DNA from: an uncultured archaeon
GTDB taxonomy: Archaea; Iainarchaeota; Iainarchaeia; Iainarchaeales; GCA-2688035
Direction: 5' to 3'
DNA: 29,166 bases
Assembly: GCA_964354805.1 (NCBI GenBank)
Contig: CAYHBD010000033.1
Location: 1-29,166 of the forward strand
Part shown: positions 18,178 through 26,047 of the stretch, in pieces
Layout of the letters: each line of letters starts with the position of its first letter
How positions within the stretch are numbered: position 1 is the stretch's first letter
Translations under genes and position numbers: made by a program
The notes under the pieces: generated by a model
The model's input: the letters and a program-made list of their open reading frames with translations, nothing else
What the model was told of the DNA's origin: nothing
Databases searched by the model: none

Positions 18178-19308
18178 GTGCTGTTAGTGCAGCAAGTAGT
18201 TCAAAGAGCAGTTAAGCGGGCAAAGGCTTTGCCTGCAGTGAAAAGAAAGCCGATAAAGGCAACTCAGGATAACGAAGAGCTAATTAAGTTGCTTGAAACA
18301 GCCAAGGCAAAAATCAGGGTTGTTGGAGTGGGAGGCGGAGGCTGCAACACCATTGAGAGAATGACCGAAATCGGAATAACGGGAGCGGAAACATTTGCAG
18401 TCAACACCGATGCCCAGGATTTGCTTAACACTGTTGCCGACAAAAAGGTTTTAATCGGCAGAAACTTAACAAGAGGGCTTGGCAGTGGCTCAGACCCTAG
18501 CGTTGGGGAAGGCGCTGCAAAGGAAAGCCAGGAAGAGCTTGAAAGTGTTTTGGAAGACAGCGATTTGCTTTTCATCACATGCGGCTTGGGCGGCGGCACT
18601 GGAACAGGTGCTGCGCCTGTTATTGCCGAAATCGGAAAGCACATGAAAGCGCTTACAATAGGGGTTGTCACAATTCCCTTCACTGTTGAAGGGAGAAAGA
18701 GAATGGAGAACGCTTTGGGCGGCCTGGGGAATTTGCGCAAAAACACTGACACTGTTATTGTCATTCCAAACGACAAGATTCTGGAGATTGCCCCTGATTT
18801 GCCTGTGAATGCAGCATTCAAGGTTGCTGACGAAGTCCTGACAAATGCAGTAAAGGGAATTACCGAAATGGTTACAAAGCCCGGATTAATTAACTTGGAT
18901 TACGCTGATTTGCGGACAATTTTAAGCAGGGGCGGTGCAGCAATGATTGGCCTTGGAGAAAGCCACAGCACTGAGCAAGGAGAAGCTAGGGCGTTGGAAG
19001 CAGTTGAAAACGCTTTGACATCGCCGCTTTTGGATGTTGACATAAGCTGTGCAAACAGGGCCCTGATAAATGTAATCGGCGGTGCAGACATGACCCTGAG
19101 GGAAGCCGAAATGATTGTTGAAACAGTCAGCAGCAAGATAAGCGACAACGCCCACATAATCTGGGGAGCAATGATTGACGAGAACATGTCGAAGAACCAG
19201 ATTCAGGCAATGGTTGTAATAGCAGGCGGAAAGTTCCCTTACTTGGAAGACACTGACAAAGTCAATTTGGCAGAGCCAATCGATTTGGGAATAGAATTTA
19301 CTGGGTAA
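18178..19308 (+). CDS. ftsZ: Cell division protein FtsZ (exact start uncertain)
   Basis: VVGVGGGGCN, NTDAQDL, GLGGGTGTGAAP, PGLINLDYAD; ftsZ-secE-spt5 synteny. Confidence 0.98.
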   Translation: MLLVQQVVQRAVKRAKALPAVKRKPIKATQDNEELIKLLETAKAKIRVVGVGGGGCNTIERMTEIGITGAETFAVNTDAQDLLNTVADKKVLIGRNLTRGLGSGSDPSVGEGAAKESQEELESVLEDSDLLFITCGLGGGTGTGAAPVIAEIGKHMKALTIGVVTIPFTVEGRKRMENALGGLGNLRKNTDTVIVIPNDKILEIAPDLPVNAAFKVADEVLTNAVKGITEMVTKPGLINLDYADLRTILSRGGAAMIGLGESHSTEQGEARALEAVENALTSPLLDVDISCANRALINVIGGADMTLREAEMIVETVSSKISDNAHIIWGAMIDENMSKNQIQAMVVIAGGKFPYLEDTDKVNLAEPIDLGIEFTG

Positions 19309-19360
19309 AGGGCTGCCAAAGGGAAGCCGATTGATCTGGGGAATAGAGTTTACTGGATGA
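19273..19360 (+). repeat. Tandem synonymous copy of the ftsZ 3' end
   Basis: CCA ATC GAT TTG GGA ATA GAA TTT ACT GGG TAA vs CCG ATT GAT CTG GG(G)A ATA GAG TTT ACT GGA TGA. Confidence 0.88.
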
Positions 19361-19447
19361 AATAGTGAAAATTGGCTAAAGCAAAACCCACTTAAAACTT
19401 TTTCTTTATTCTTTTTAATAATTCTTTACATGATTCAGGTGGTTTGA

Positions 19448-19642
19448 ATGCAATTAAACATTAGTTCAACGTTGCGCAGCTTTGTTGATTCGAGCAAGCG
19501 TGTCTTGATTATTGCAAAGAAGCCAACTTGGGAGGAATTCCAGGTAATGGCAAAGGTCACTGGAATAGGGGTAATAATAATCGGGGTAATCGCCTACGTT
19601 ATTTACCTGATTTTCGCGTTTAGCGGAATCGGCGGCGCTTAG
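19448..19642 (+). CDS. secE: Protein translocase subunit SecE/Sec61-gamma
   Basis: RVLIIAKKPTWEEF..AKVTGIG plus TM helix; SD AGGTGG. Confidence 0.95.
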   Translation: MQLNISSTLRSFVDSSKRVLIIAKKPTWEEFQVMAKVTGIGVIIIGVIAYVIYLIFAFSGIGGA

Positions 19643-19851
19643 GGTCCTGCATTATTTTTTTGGTTTTTTGCTTTGGGCAAAATTCGGGCTTGGGCTGGAT
19701 TGCAGCCTATTCCATAGGCTTTTAATTCTTACACAATTCAATTATTTTTGCTAAACCGCCTAATTTTCTGTTTTTTTAATTTTTTTGTTTTTATTGGAAA
19801 TTGGGCGAACCTGAAAAAAACAATCAGGAAAAACTCAAGGTGAAAAAAAGA

Positions 19852-20295
19852 ATGCCGATTTTTTTGATTAGGACAACAGTTGGCCAGGAGTCATTGGTAG
19901 TGGACATTCTCAACAACAGGATTGGGAACGAAACACTGTCGATTTACAGCATCAGCGTTATCCCAGGCCTGAAGGGCTATGTTATGATTGAGGCACAGGA
20001 CGAACTTACTGTAAGGCACGGCATAACCAACACTCCGCATGTGAAGGGCCAGGGCATTGTGAAGGGCGCGGTGAACATTGATGAATTAAGCGGCCTGCTT
20101 GAATCAAAGCCATTGATGCAGTCAATAAAAGAAGGCGCGAAGGTTGAAGTCATTGCAGGGCCGTTCAAGAGGGAAAGGGCAAAAGTGCTGAGGGTTAACC
20201 CCACAAAAGAGGAAGTAACAGTTGAATTGCTTGAGGCAGCGGTAAAAATCCCGATAACAATCAAAGCAGAGCACATCAGAATAATCACAGAGTGA
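19852..20295 (+). CDS. spt5: Transcription elongation factor Spt5 (NusG)
   Basis: RTTVGQE, LKGYVMIEA, KOW motif VEVIAGPFK; SD AGGTGA. Confidence 0.96.
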   Translation: MPIFLIRTTVGQESLVVDILNNRIGNETLSIYSISVIPGLKGYVMIEAQDELTVRHGITNTPHVKGQGIVKGAVNIDELSGLLESKPLMQSIKEGAKVEVIAGPFKRERAKVLRVNPTKEEVTVELLEAAVKIPITIKAEHIRIITE

Positions 20296-20300
20296 ATTGA

Positions 20301-20777
20301 ATGCCTGAAATAAGTGTTTTGGTTGAAGCAGGAAAAGCAACAGCCGGCGCGCCGATAGGCCCGGCGCTTGGTCCGCTTGGAGTAAACATCGGCGCTGTTG
20401 TTGCCCAGATTAATGAGAAAACCAAGCCTTTTGCAGGAATGCGGGTTCCGGTTAAAGTGGCTGTGGATGCTGCAACAAAAAGCTTTGAGATAAGCGTTGG
20501 TAGTCCGCCAACAAGTGCCCTGATCAAGCAGGAACTGAAGCTGGATAAGGGAGCAGCCAACCCTGCAAAAGAGGTAAAGGGAAATATTTCAATGCAGCAG
20601 GTAATGAAAATCGTGGCAATGAAAAGCGAGCAGCTTTCATCCTACAAAATGAAGAGCAGTGTAAGAGAGGTTGTAGGCGTGTGCGACAGCATGGGCATAA
20701 CAGTTGAAGGAAAAAAAGCAAGGGAAATTCAGAAAGAGATTGCCGAAGGGAAATTCGACTCAATGCTCAAGGACTGA
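20301..20777 (+). CDS. rpl11: 50S ribosomal protein L11
   Basis: GKATAGAPIGPALGPLG, GMRVPV, PPTSALIK. Confidence 0.97.
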   Translation: MPEISVLVEAGKATAGAPIGPALGPLGVNIGAVVAQINEKTKPFAGMRVPVKVAVDAATKSFEISVGSPPTSALIKQELKLDKGAANPAKEVKGNISMQQVMKIVAMKSEQLSSYKMKSSVREVVGVCDSMGITVEGKKAREIQKEIAEGKFDSMLKD

Positions 20778-20902
20778 ATCCGGCCAAAGAATTGCTTTTT
20801 TAAAGGTTTTCGCTTAATCTTTTTTATATTGATTTCGGAGAGCTTTTTCTGGCTCCGGTTGAACCACTCTCGCTTTAATTGCGGTGTGGGAGGTTTTAAG
20901 GC

Positions 20903-21583
20903 ATGAACAAAAGGGATGTTGAGCAGGCACTGCAGGAAATGAGGAAGCAGAGCAAGCAGAGGCGCTTTGTCCAAAGCATTGAGCTAATCGTGAATTTCAA
21001 GGGCATTGACTTCAAGAAGCAGGAGAACCAGATTGATGTAAAGGTTAACCTGCCGCACGCAACCGGAAAAAAGGGCGGCGCAAAAAGCCTTTTGTTTGCA
21101 AGGGACAAAAACTTCATTGCAGAAATGCAGGGCAAGGTTGACCGAATCATTAAAGAGGAAGAGATAGCTGCCCTGGACAAAAAGGCTATTTCGCAGATTG
21201 TAAACGAATTCGATGTATTGGTTGCTGAAGGCCCGGTGATGATTCCGGTTGGAAAGTATTTGGGCCAGCAGCTCGCTCCAAAAGGAAAAATGCCAAAGCC
21301 AGTTCAGCCAAACGTTGAAGCTGTAACAGCAATGATTCAGCAAAGCGGTTCATTCACAAGGGTAAGCAACAGAAAGGGAAAATTCATGCCTGTTGTGCAG
21401 CTTGTAATAGGGAACGAGCAGATGACCGATGAGCAGCTTGCGGCAAACAGCATGGCTGTAGTTGAAGCAATCCTGCCAAAGCTGCCGCAGATGTATGCTA
21501 ACATTAAATCAATTTATGTGAAGGAAACAATGGGGCCTCCTGTGAAGGCTGCATTAAAATCAGGCGAGGCAAAAGCAAAATAA
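20903..21583 (+). CDS. rpl1: 50S ribosomal protein L1
   Basis: RRFVQSIELIVNFKGID, LAPKGKMPKP, KETMGPPV. Confidence 0.96.
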   Translation: MNKRDVEQALQEMRKQSKQRRFVQSIELIVNFKGIDFKKQENQIDVKVNLPHATGKKGGAKSLLFARDKNFIAEMQGKVDRIIKEEEIAALDKKAISQIVNEFDVLVAEGPVMIPVGKYLGQQLAPKGKMPKPVQPNVEAVTAMIQQSGSFTRVSNRKGKFMPVVQLVIGNEQMTDEQLAANSMAVVEAILPKLPQMYANIKSIYVKETMGPPVKAALKSGEAKAK

Positions 21584-21617
21584 GGGGATAATGCTGGGCG
21601 TTAAGCAAAAGGGAAAA

Positions 21618-21640
21618 CAAGGCAAGGGTTGTGAAAAAGG
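21618..21640 (+). repeat. Intergenic copy of an internal rpl10 segment
   Basis: CAAGGCAAGGGTTGTGAAAAAGG vs 21852-21874 CAAGACAAGGGTTGTGAAAAAGG (22/23). Confidence 0.75.
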
Positions 21641-21687
21641 GGCGTGAACTGAGGGAAGCATAAGCTGAATAAAAAAAGGTGAAAGTA

Positions 21688-22548
21688 ATGACAAGGCACA
21701 CAAAGAAATGGAAGGAACAGCAGCTGCATCAATTGAGCGAGCTGGCAAAACAGTACCCTGTTATTGCAATCGCATCCCTGCGCAATCTGCCAGCGCCACT
21801 CTCACAGCTGCTGAGGAAGCAGCTGCAGGGAAAGGCAGTGATCAAGGTATGCAAGACAAGGGTTGTGAAAAAGGCGTTGCAGCAGTCAAAAGCAGACAGT
21901 GGTGGCTTGCTGCAGCATGCAAATGAAAGCATTGCAATCATTTTCTCAAATTTGAATGCTTTTGAATTGTTTGCTTTTTTGAAAAAAAACAAGGTAAGCA
22001 TGCCTGCAAAAGCAGGCATGGCTGCGCCTGCAGACATCATTGTGCCTGCAGGAGACACCGGTCTGCCTCCAGGCCCTGCCTTAAGCGATTTGAAGCAGGC
22101 CGGTCTGAAAACAGCTGTAAAGGGCCCAACTATTTCAATTGCTGAAGACAGCGTTGTTGCAAAAAAGGGCGAAGCAATAAGCAAGGCTGTTGCCAGCGCT
22201 TTGGGAAAATTGGACATTAAGCCTATTAAGGTCGGATTGAACATTGTTGCATGCCTGGAAAAAGGCGAGGTTTTCACTGCCGCGATTTTAGACTTTGACA
22301 GCGAAAAAGTGGAAGCGCAATTCATTGCTGCCCACACTGCAGCGCTTAATCTGGCGGTTGAAATAGGCTACTGCACTGGCGCAACAATTGAACTGCTTTT
22401 GTCAAAGGCATTCAACAGCGCGAAAGCAGTTGCTTTGGAAGCAAATATTGTGACAGATGCAACGAGGGAAGAAATTTCAGGGAAGGCAGCAGCGAAGGGG
22501 CTTGTGGGGGAACAGCCAGCTGTTGCGGAACCTGAAGCCAAAAAATAA
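21688..22548 (+). CDS. rpl10: 50S ribosomal protein L10 (P0)
   Basis: AKAGMAAPADIIVPAGDTGLPPGP, LDIKPIKVGL; SD AGGTGA. Confidence 0.95.
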   Translation: MTRHTKKWKEQQLHQLSELAKQYPVIAIASLRNLPAPLSQLLRKQLQGKAVIKVCKTRVVKKALQQSKADSGGLLQHANESIAIIFSNLNAFELFAFLKKNKVSMPAKAGMAAPADIIVPAGDTGLPPGPALSDLKQAGLKTAVKGPTISIAEDSVVAKKGEAISKAVASALGKLDIKPIKVGLNIVACLEKGEVFTAAILDFDSEKVEAQFIAAHTAALNLAVEIGYCTGATIELLLSKAFNSAKAVALEANIVTDATREEISGKAAAKGLVGEQPAVAEPEAKK

Positions 22549-22640
22549 ATATTTTTTAAAAAATTGAAATGGAAAGCAATAAGCAAAAAAATTTCAAAAT
22601 TTTAAAAAGCAAGGAAAAAAACTGAAAGGAGGGAAACAAA

Positions 22641-22934
22641 ATGCAATACGTGTACGCTGCATTGCTTTTGCACAGCGCAGGGCACAAAGTTGAAGAGCCG
22701 GCTGTAACAAAGGTAATGGAGGCAGCCGGAGCAAAGCCAGACAGCGCTAGGGTGAAAGCCCTGATTGCTTCTCTGAAAGACGTGAACATTGAAGAGGCAA
22801 TAAAGAAAGCAGCTGTCCAGCCAGTGGCTGCAGCAAAAGCAGAAGAGAAGCCCAGCGCAAAGAAAGAAGAGAAAGCGCCAGAAGGCAAAACAGAGGAAGA
22901 AGCAGCAGAAGGTTTAAGCAGCCTTTTCGGCTAA
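22641..22934 (+). CDS. rpl12: 50S ribosomal stalk protein L12 (P1)
   Basis: MQYVYAALLLHSAG...EEEAAEGLSSLFG. Confidence 0.97.
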   Translation: MQYVYAALLLHSAGHKVEEPAVTKVMEAAGAKPDSARVKALIASLKDVNIEEAIKKAAVQPVAAAKAEEKPSAKKEEKAPEGKTEEEAAEGLSSLFG

Positions 22935-23008
22935 GCCTTTTTGCCTTCGGCAAAAAGCCTTGGGAAAAAAGCCTTCGGTTGATTAAACCACTTTTTTCCT
23001 TTTTTTTT
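22933..23008. repeat. REP-like palindromic repeat followed by T-tract (probable operon terminator)
   Basis: AAGCCTTTTTGCC-TTC-GGCAAAAAGCCTTGGGAAAAAAGC; near-identical copy at 29088. Confidence 0.75.
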
Positions 23009-23068
23009 GCACGCCTTTCAGGGCTTGCGCAAGTTATTTATACAACCTTTTACTAATTAATAACTGCC

Positions 23069-25411
23069 ATGCGCAAGCTTGTTTGCCTGTTCCTCTTGTT
23101 GCTTTTTTCTGCAAGCGTTGCAGCAGTAATAGAGAAGGATTCGCTTAAGATTTTTGCAGTAACAGAACAGGGCAATGCACTAAGCGCTGATTTGACCCTG
23201 GAAATAAAGCCAGGCAGCGGAAATGTTTGGAGCAGTGTCGAGCCATTGGTCGGCACATCAACCCAGACAACAGAGAAGCTTGCTGTCCAGATTGCGAAAA
23301 ATTACAGCAAGGAAGTTGGCAGCTTTGATTATTTTTTTGGCATTAAAAGCGATGCCTCGCTGGTTGAGGGGCCGAGCGCAGGCGCAGCAATGACTCTGCT
23401 TACAATAAGCATGCTGCAGGACAGGAAAGTTCCGGATTATGTCGGCCTGACAGGAACCATTACGCCGGATGGGAGTGTTGGCAGCGTTGGCGGGGTTTTT
23501 GAGAAAAGCAAGGAGGCGGCAAAGATCGGGATGAAGCTTTTTATGATTCCTGCCGGCGAAGCAAAGCAGACAGTGAAATTACCGGAAGGAGTTAAGTCCA
23601 TAAATCTGAGTTCCTATGCAAAAGAGCAGTGGAGCCTGCTGGTTGTGGAAGTAAAAGACATTGATGATGTGCTTCACTTTGCTTTTGCCGACCTTGAATC
23701 AATTGACGTGAATGCTGAGGAAACTGTTTTGCCTGATTTTGTTCCGAATGCAATTTCCTTTAACCGGCAGTTGCAGCCAATGGATTCAATTGTAAGGAAA
23801 TTTATTGCTGAAGCTGATGAAGGAATAAACGGCGCTAGAAGCGCTTTAAGCGGAACTTTGCTGAACGATCCTGCAGTTGTTGATGTTTTGCTGCAGCAGC
23901 TGAGCAGCAGCGAAAAAATGCTTGCCGAGGCAAAAATTCTGGCTGACCAGAACTATTTGTACAGCGCAGGCAATGATGCTTTCCTTTCAATTGTTTACAG
24001 TGCTTTTGTGCGCGATATTGCCGATGAGCCGCAATTGATTAACCCAACATCGACATCGCTTGATTCAAAGGCAGGCGAATTAAGCAGGCAAATTAACAGC
24101 CTTGCTTTTGATTTGAACAGGTTCATTGCCATTGACCAATTCGAGTGGCATGTTGCAGCAAAGCAGCGCTTAAGCTGGGCAAAGCTGAATATTGACAAGC
24201 TGCTTGCAAAGGATGAAATCATTATAACAATTGACGGCAGTGCAATTGATGAGCAGCGCTTGAGCGATTTGCTGGATTACCAGTTTGCTGTTGCATGGTA
24301 TAATGCAGCAGAGGATTTCTTTGATATAACAAAAAGCAGTACAAAAAGAATTCAGGCTGACAGGCATTTTGCCGATGCTGTTGAGAGCAATATTGCTGCA
24401 GCGGAAAAAAACCTGGCAGAATTGCCTGTTGCTGACACAGAGGATATTGTCAGGCGCTTGGATGCGTCAAAGCTTGAAAAAGAGCAGGGCTGGTTTGAGG
24501 CGGCCTTGTTTGATTCGGCTTCCGCCCTGGGTTTAACAGATGCCCAGCTTTTAATCAAAGGCAAGAGCCTGGATGAATTAAGGGCAGAACTGGAGCAGAA
24601 AATCAGCGAATTGGAAGTGAAGATGCATGAAAGCAATCAGAAATTTGTCTGGGCTTCGCTTTACCTTGACCATGCACGCTTTTTTTTGCAGAGCGCTGAC
24701 TTCTATTTGCAGAACGGCCAGAGCAGCAGGGCAGTTGAAAGCGCAGGCAGTGGCATTGCCCTGGCTTTCATGGCTGAAAGCGCTTTTGATTCTGCTGAGC
24801 AGGCAGGGCAATATTTCGCTACGCTGCCAGAATCAGCCTTTTTGCCAGGGCCGTTCATTGAGCCTTTTGATGCATCAAAGCTTTACCCTTTCATTGCACT
24901 TTTCATTGTTTTGGGCGCAGTGGTTGCCTTGATTCTGCTGTTCGCTGTTTTAAGCACCAGGGTAAGCCGGCTTAGGCATGCCTCGCTCAAAGGTGAAATA
25001 AGCAGAATCAGGTTCGAGCAGAAAAGGCTGCATAGAATGCTTTCAGCAGGGCAAATAAGCGGGGAGCGGTGCAAGAAACTTGATTCGCTTTACCAGAAGC
25101 GCCTGCGGGAATTGCTTGATGAAAGCGAGCAGTTGAGCAGCACCTTTGTCGAACTGGATTTGAGCAAAAGCAAATTGTTTGCTTTTGAGAGAACGGTGAA
25201 AAGGCTCAAGCAGCAGTCCAGGAAAGGCGAAATAACAAAGAAAGATTTCACTGCAACAATGCAATTCTGCGAGAAGAGAATCAACGCACTTACGAAAGAG
25301 ATAAGCGCAGAAATACAGCGCCTGCAGCTGGAAAAAAAAGCAATCAAAAAAAGCGTTGCTGTTACGGAAAAGGAAAACAGCGGAATACGGAAAGGAAAAA
25401 TAAAAGAATAA
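23069..25411 (+). CDS. Membrane-anchored Lon-like S16 serine protease without AAA+ domain (COG1750-like)
   Basis: Signal peptide; VEGPSAGAAM (Ser) and GGVFEK (Lys) dyad; long helical region; TM helix; basic C-terminal coiled coil. Confidence 0.88.
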   Translation: MRKLVCLFLLLLFSASVAAVIEKDSLKIFAVTEQGNALSADLTLEIKPGSGNVWSSVEPLVGTSTQTTEKLAVQIAKNYSKEVGSFDYFFGIKSDASLVEGPSAGAAMTLLTISMLQDRKVPDYVGLTGTITPDGSVGSVGGVFEKSKEAAKIGMKLFMIPAGEAKQTVKLPEGVKSINLSSYAKEQWSLLVVEVKDIDDVLHFAFADLESIDVNAEETVLPDFVPNAISFNRQLQPMDSIVRKFIAEADEGINGARSALSGTLLNDPAVVDVLLQQLSSSEKMLAEAKILADQNYLYSAGNDAFLSIVYSAFVRDIADEPQLINPTSTSLDSKAGELSRQINSLAFDLNRFIAIDQFEWHVAAKQRLSWAKLNIDKLLAKDEIIITIDGSAIDEQRLSDLLDYQFAVAWYNAAEDFFDITKSSTKRIQADRHFADAVESNIAAAEKNLAELPVADTEDIVRRLDASKLEKEQGWFEAALFDSASALGLTDAQLLIKGKSLDELRAELEQKISELEVKMHESNQKFVWASLYLDHARFFLQSADFYLQNGQSSRAVESAGSGIALAFMAESAFDSAEQAGQYFATLPESAFLPGPFIEPFDASKLYPFIALFIVLGAVVALILLFAVLSTRVSRLRHASLKGEISRIRFEQKRLHRMLSAGQISGERCKKLDSLYQKRLRELLDESEQLSSTFVELDLSKSKLFAFERTVKRLKQQSRKGEITKKDFTATMQFCEKRINALTKEISAEIQRLQLEKKAIKKSVAVTEKENSGIRKGKIKE

Positions 25412-25503
25412 GCACAAATTGGCTGTCGGGCAGAAGGAGGGCATCTTCCAGCCATATTAGAAAACTTTATTAATCAGGTTAAACAATCTATTTCTTGGTT
25501 TAA

Positions 25504-25971
25504 ATGATTGCTGAATGGCTGATGATTGAAAGGCTGCTGATCAGTGCTGTTATGGGCGGCCTGATTGGCGTTGAAAGGCAGATGCACGAAAAGCCCGCTG
25601 GCTTGAGAACCCATGTGCTTGTTTGCATGGGCGCAACCCTTTTCACTCTTCTCTCATTGTCTTTTTCCAACTCGGACGGATCAGCAGTTGATGTCAGTAG
25701 GGTTGCTGCAGGTGTTGTAACAGGAATCGGCTTTTTGGCTGCAGGCAGCATTTTCAGGGAAAAGGAAAGAGTCAGGGGCCTGACAACTGCAGCAGACCTT
25801 TGGGTTATTGCTGCAATCGGCCTGAGCATTGGCTTGGGCTATTACAGCGTTGCCGTTGTTGCAACAATTATTACTTTGATTATTTTAATGATAGGCAGGG
25901 TTTTTGATAATTATTTGGACAGAAAGGCAATGACCCTAGAGCAAAAAAACAAGCCGCCTTTTTTTAGCTGA
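25504..25971 (+). CDS. MgtC/SapB family membrane protein
   Basis: GGLIGVER..KPAGLRTH, RVAAGVVTGIGFLAAG, GLTTAA. Confidence 0.93.
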   Translation: MIAEWLMIERLLISAVMGGLIGVERQMHEKPAGLRTHVLVCMGATLFTLLSLSFSNSDGSAVDVSRVAAGVVTGIGFLAAGSIFREKERVRGLTTAADLWVIAAIGLSIGLGYYSVAVVATIITLIILMIGRVFDNYLDRKAMTLEQKNKPPFFS

Positions 25972-26047
25972 CTTCAAGCTGTTTTACCGTTGCCCTTGGC
26001 TAAAGTCGGCAGCAGTTCAGCTGACTTCAAGCTGTTTTACTGTTGCC
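25964..26047 (-). repeat. Tandem copy of the smc 3' end
   Basis: GCA ACA GTA AAA CAG CTT GAA GTC AGC TGA vs GCA ACG GTA AAA CAG CTT GAA GTC AGC TAA; offset 53. Confidence 0.92.

Noticed and set aside
20778-20902. L1 autoregulatory leader
   Set aside because: A hairpin near the SD is possible, but no convincing L1-binding motif could be identified by eye
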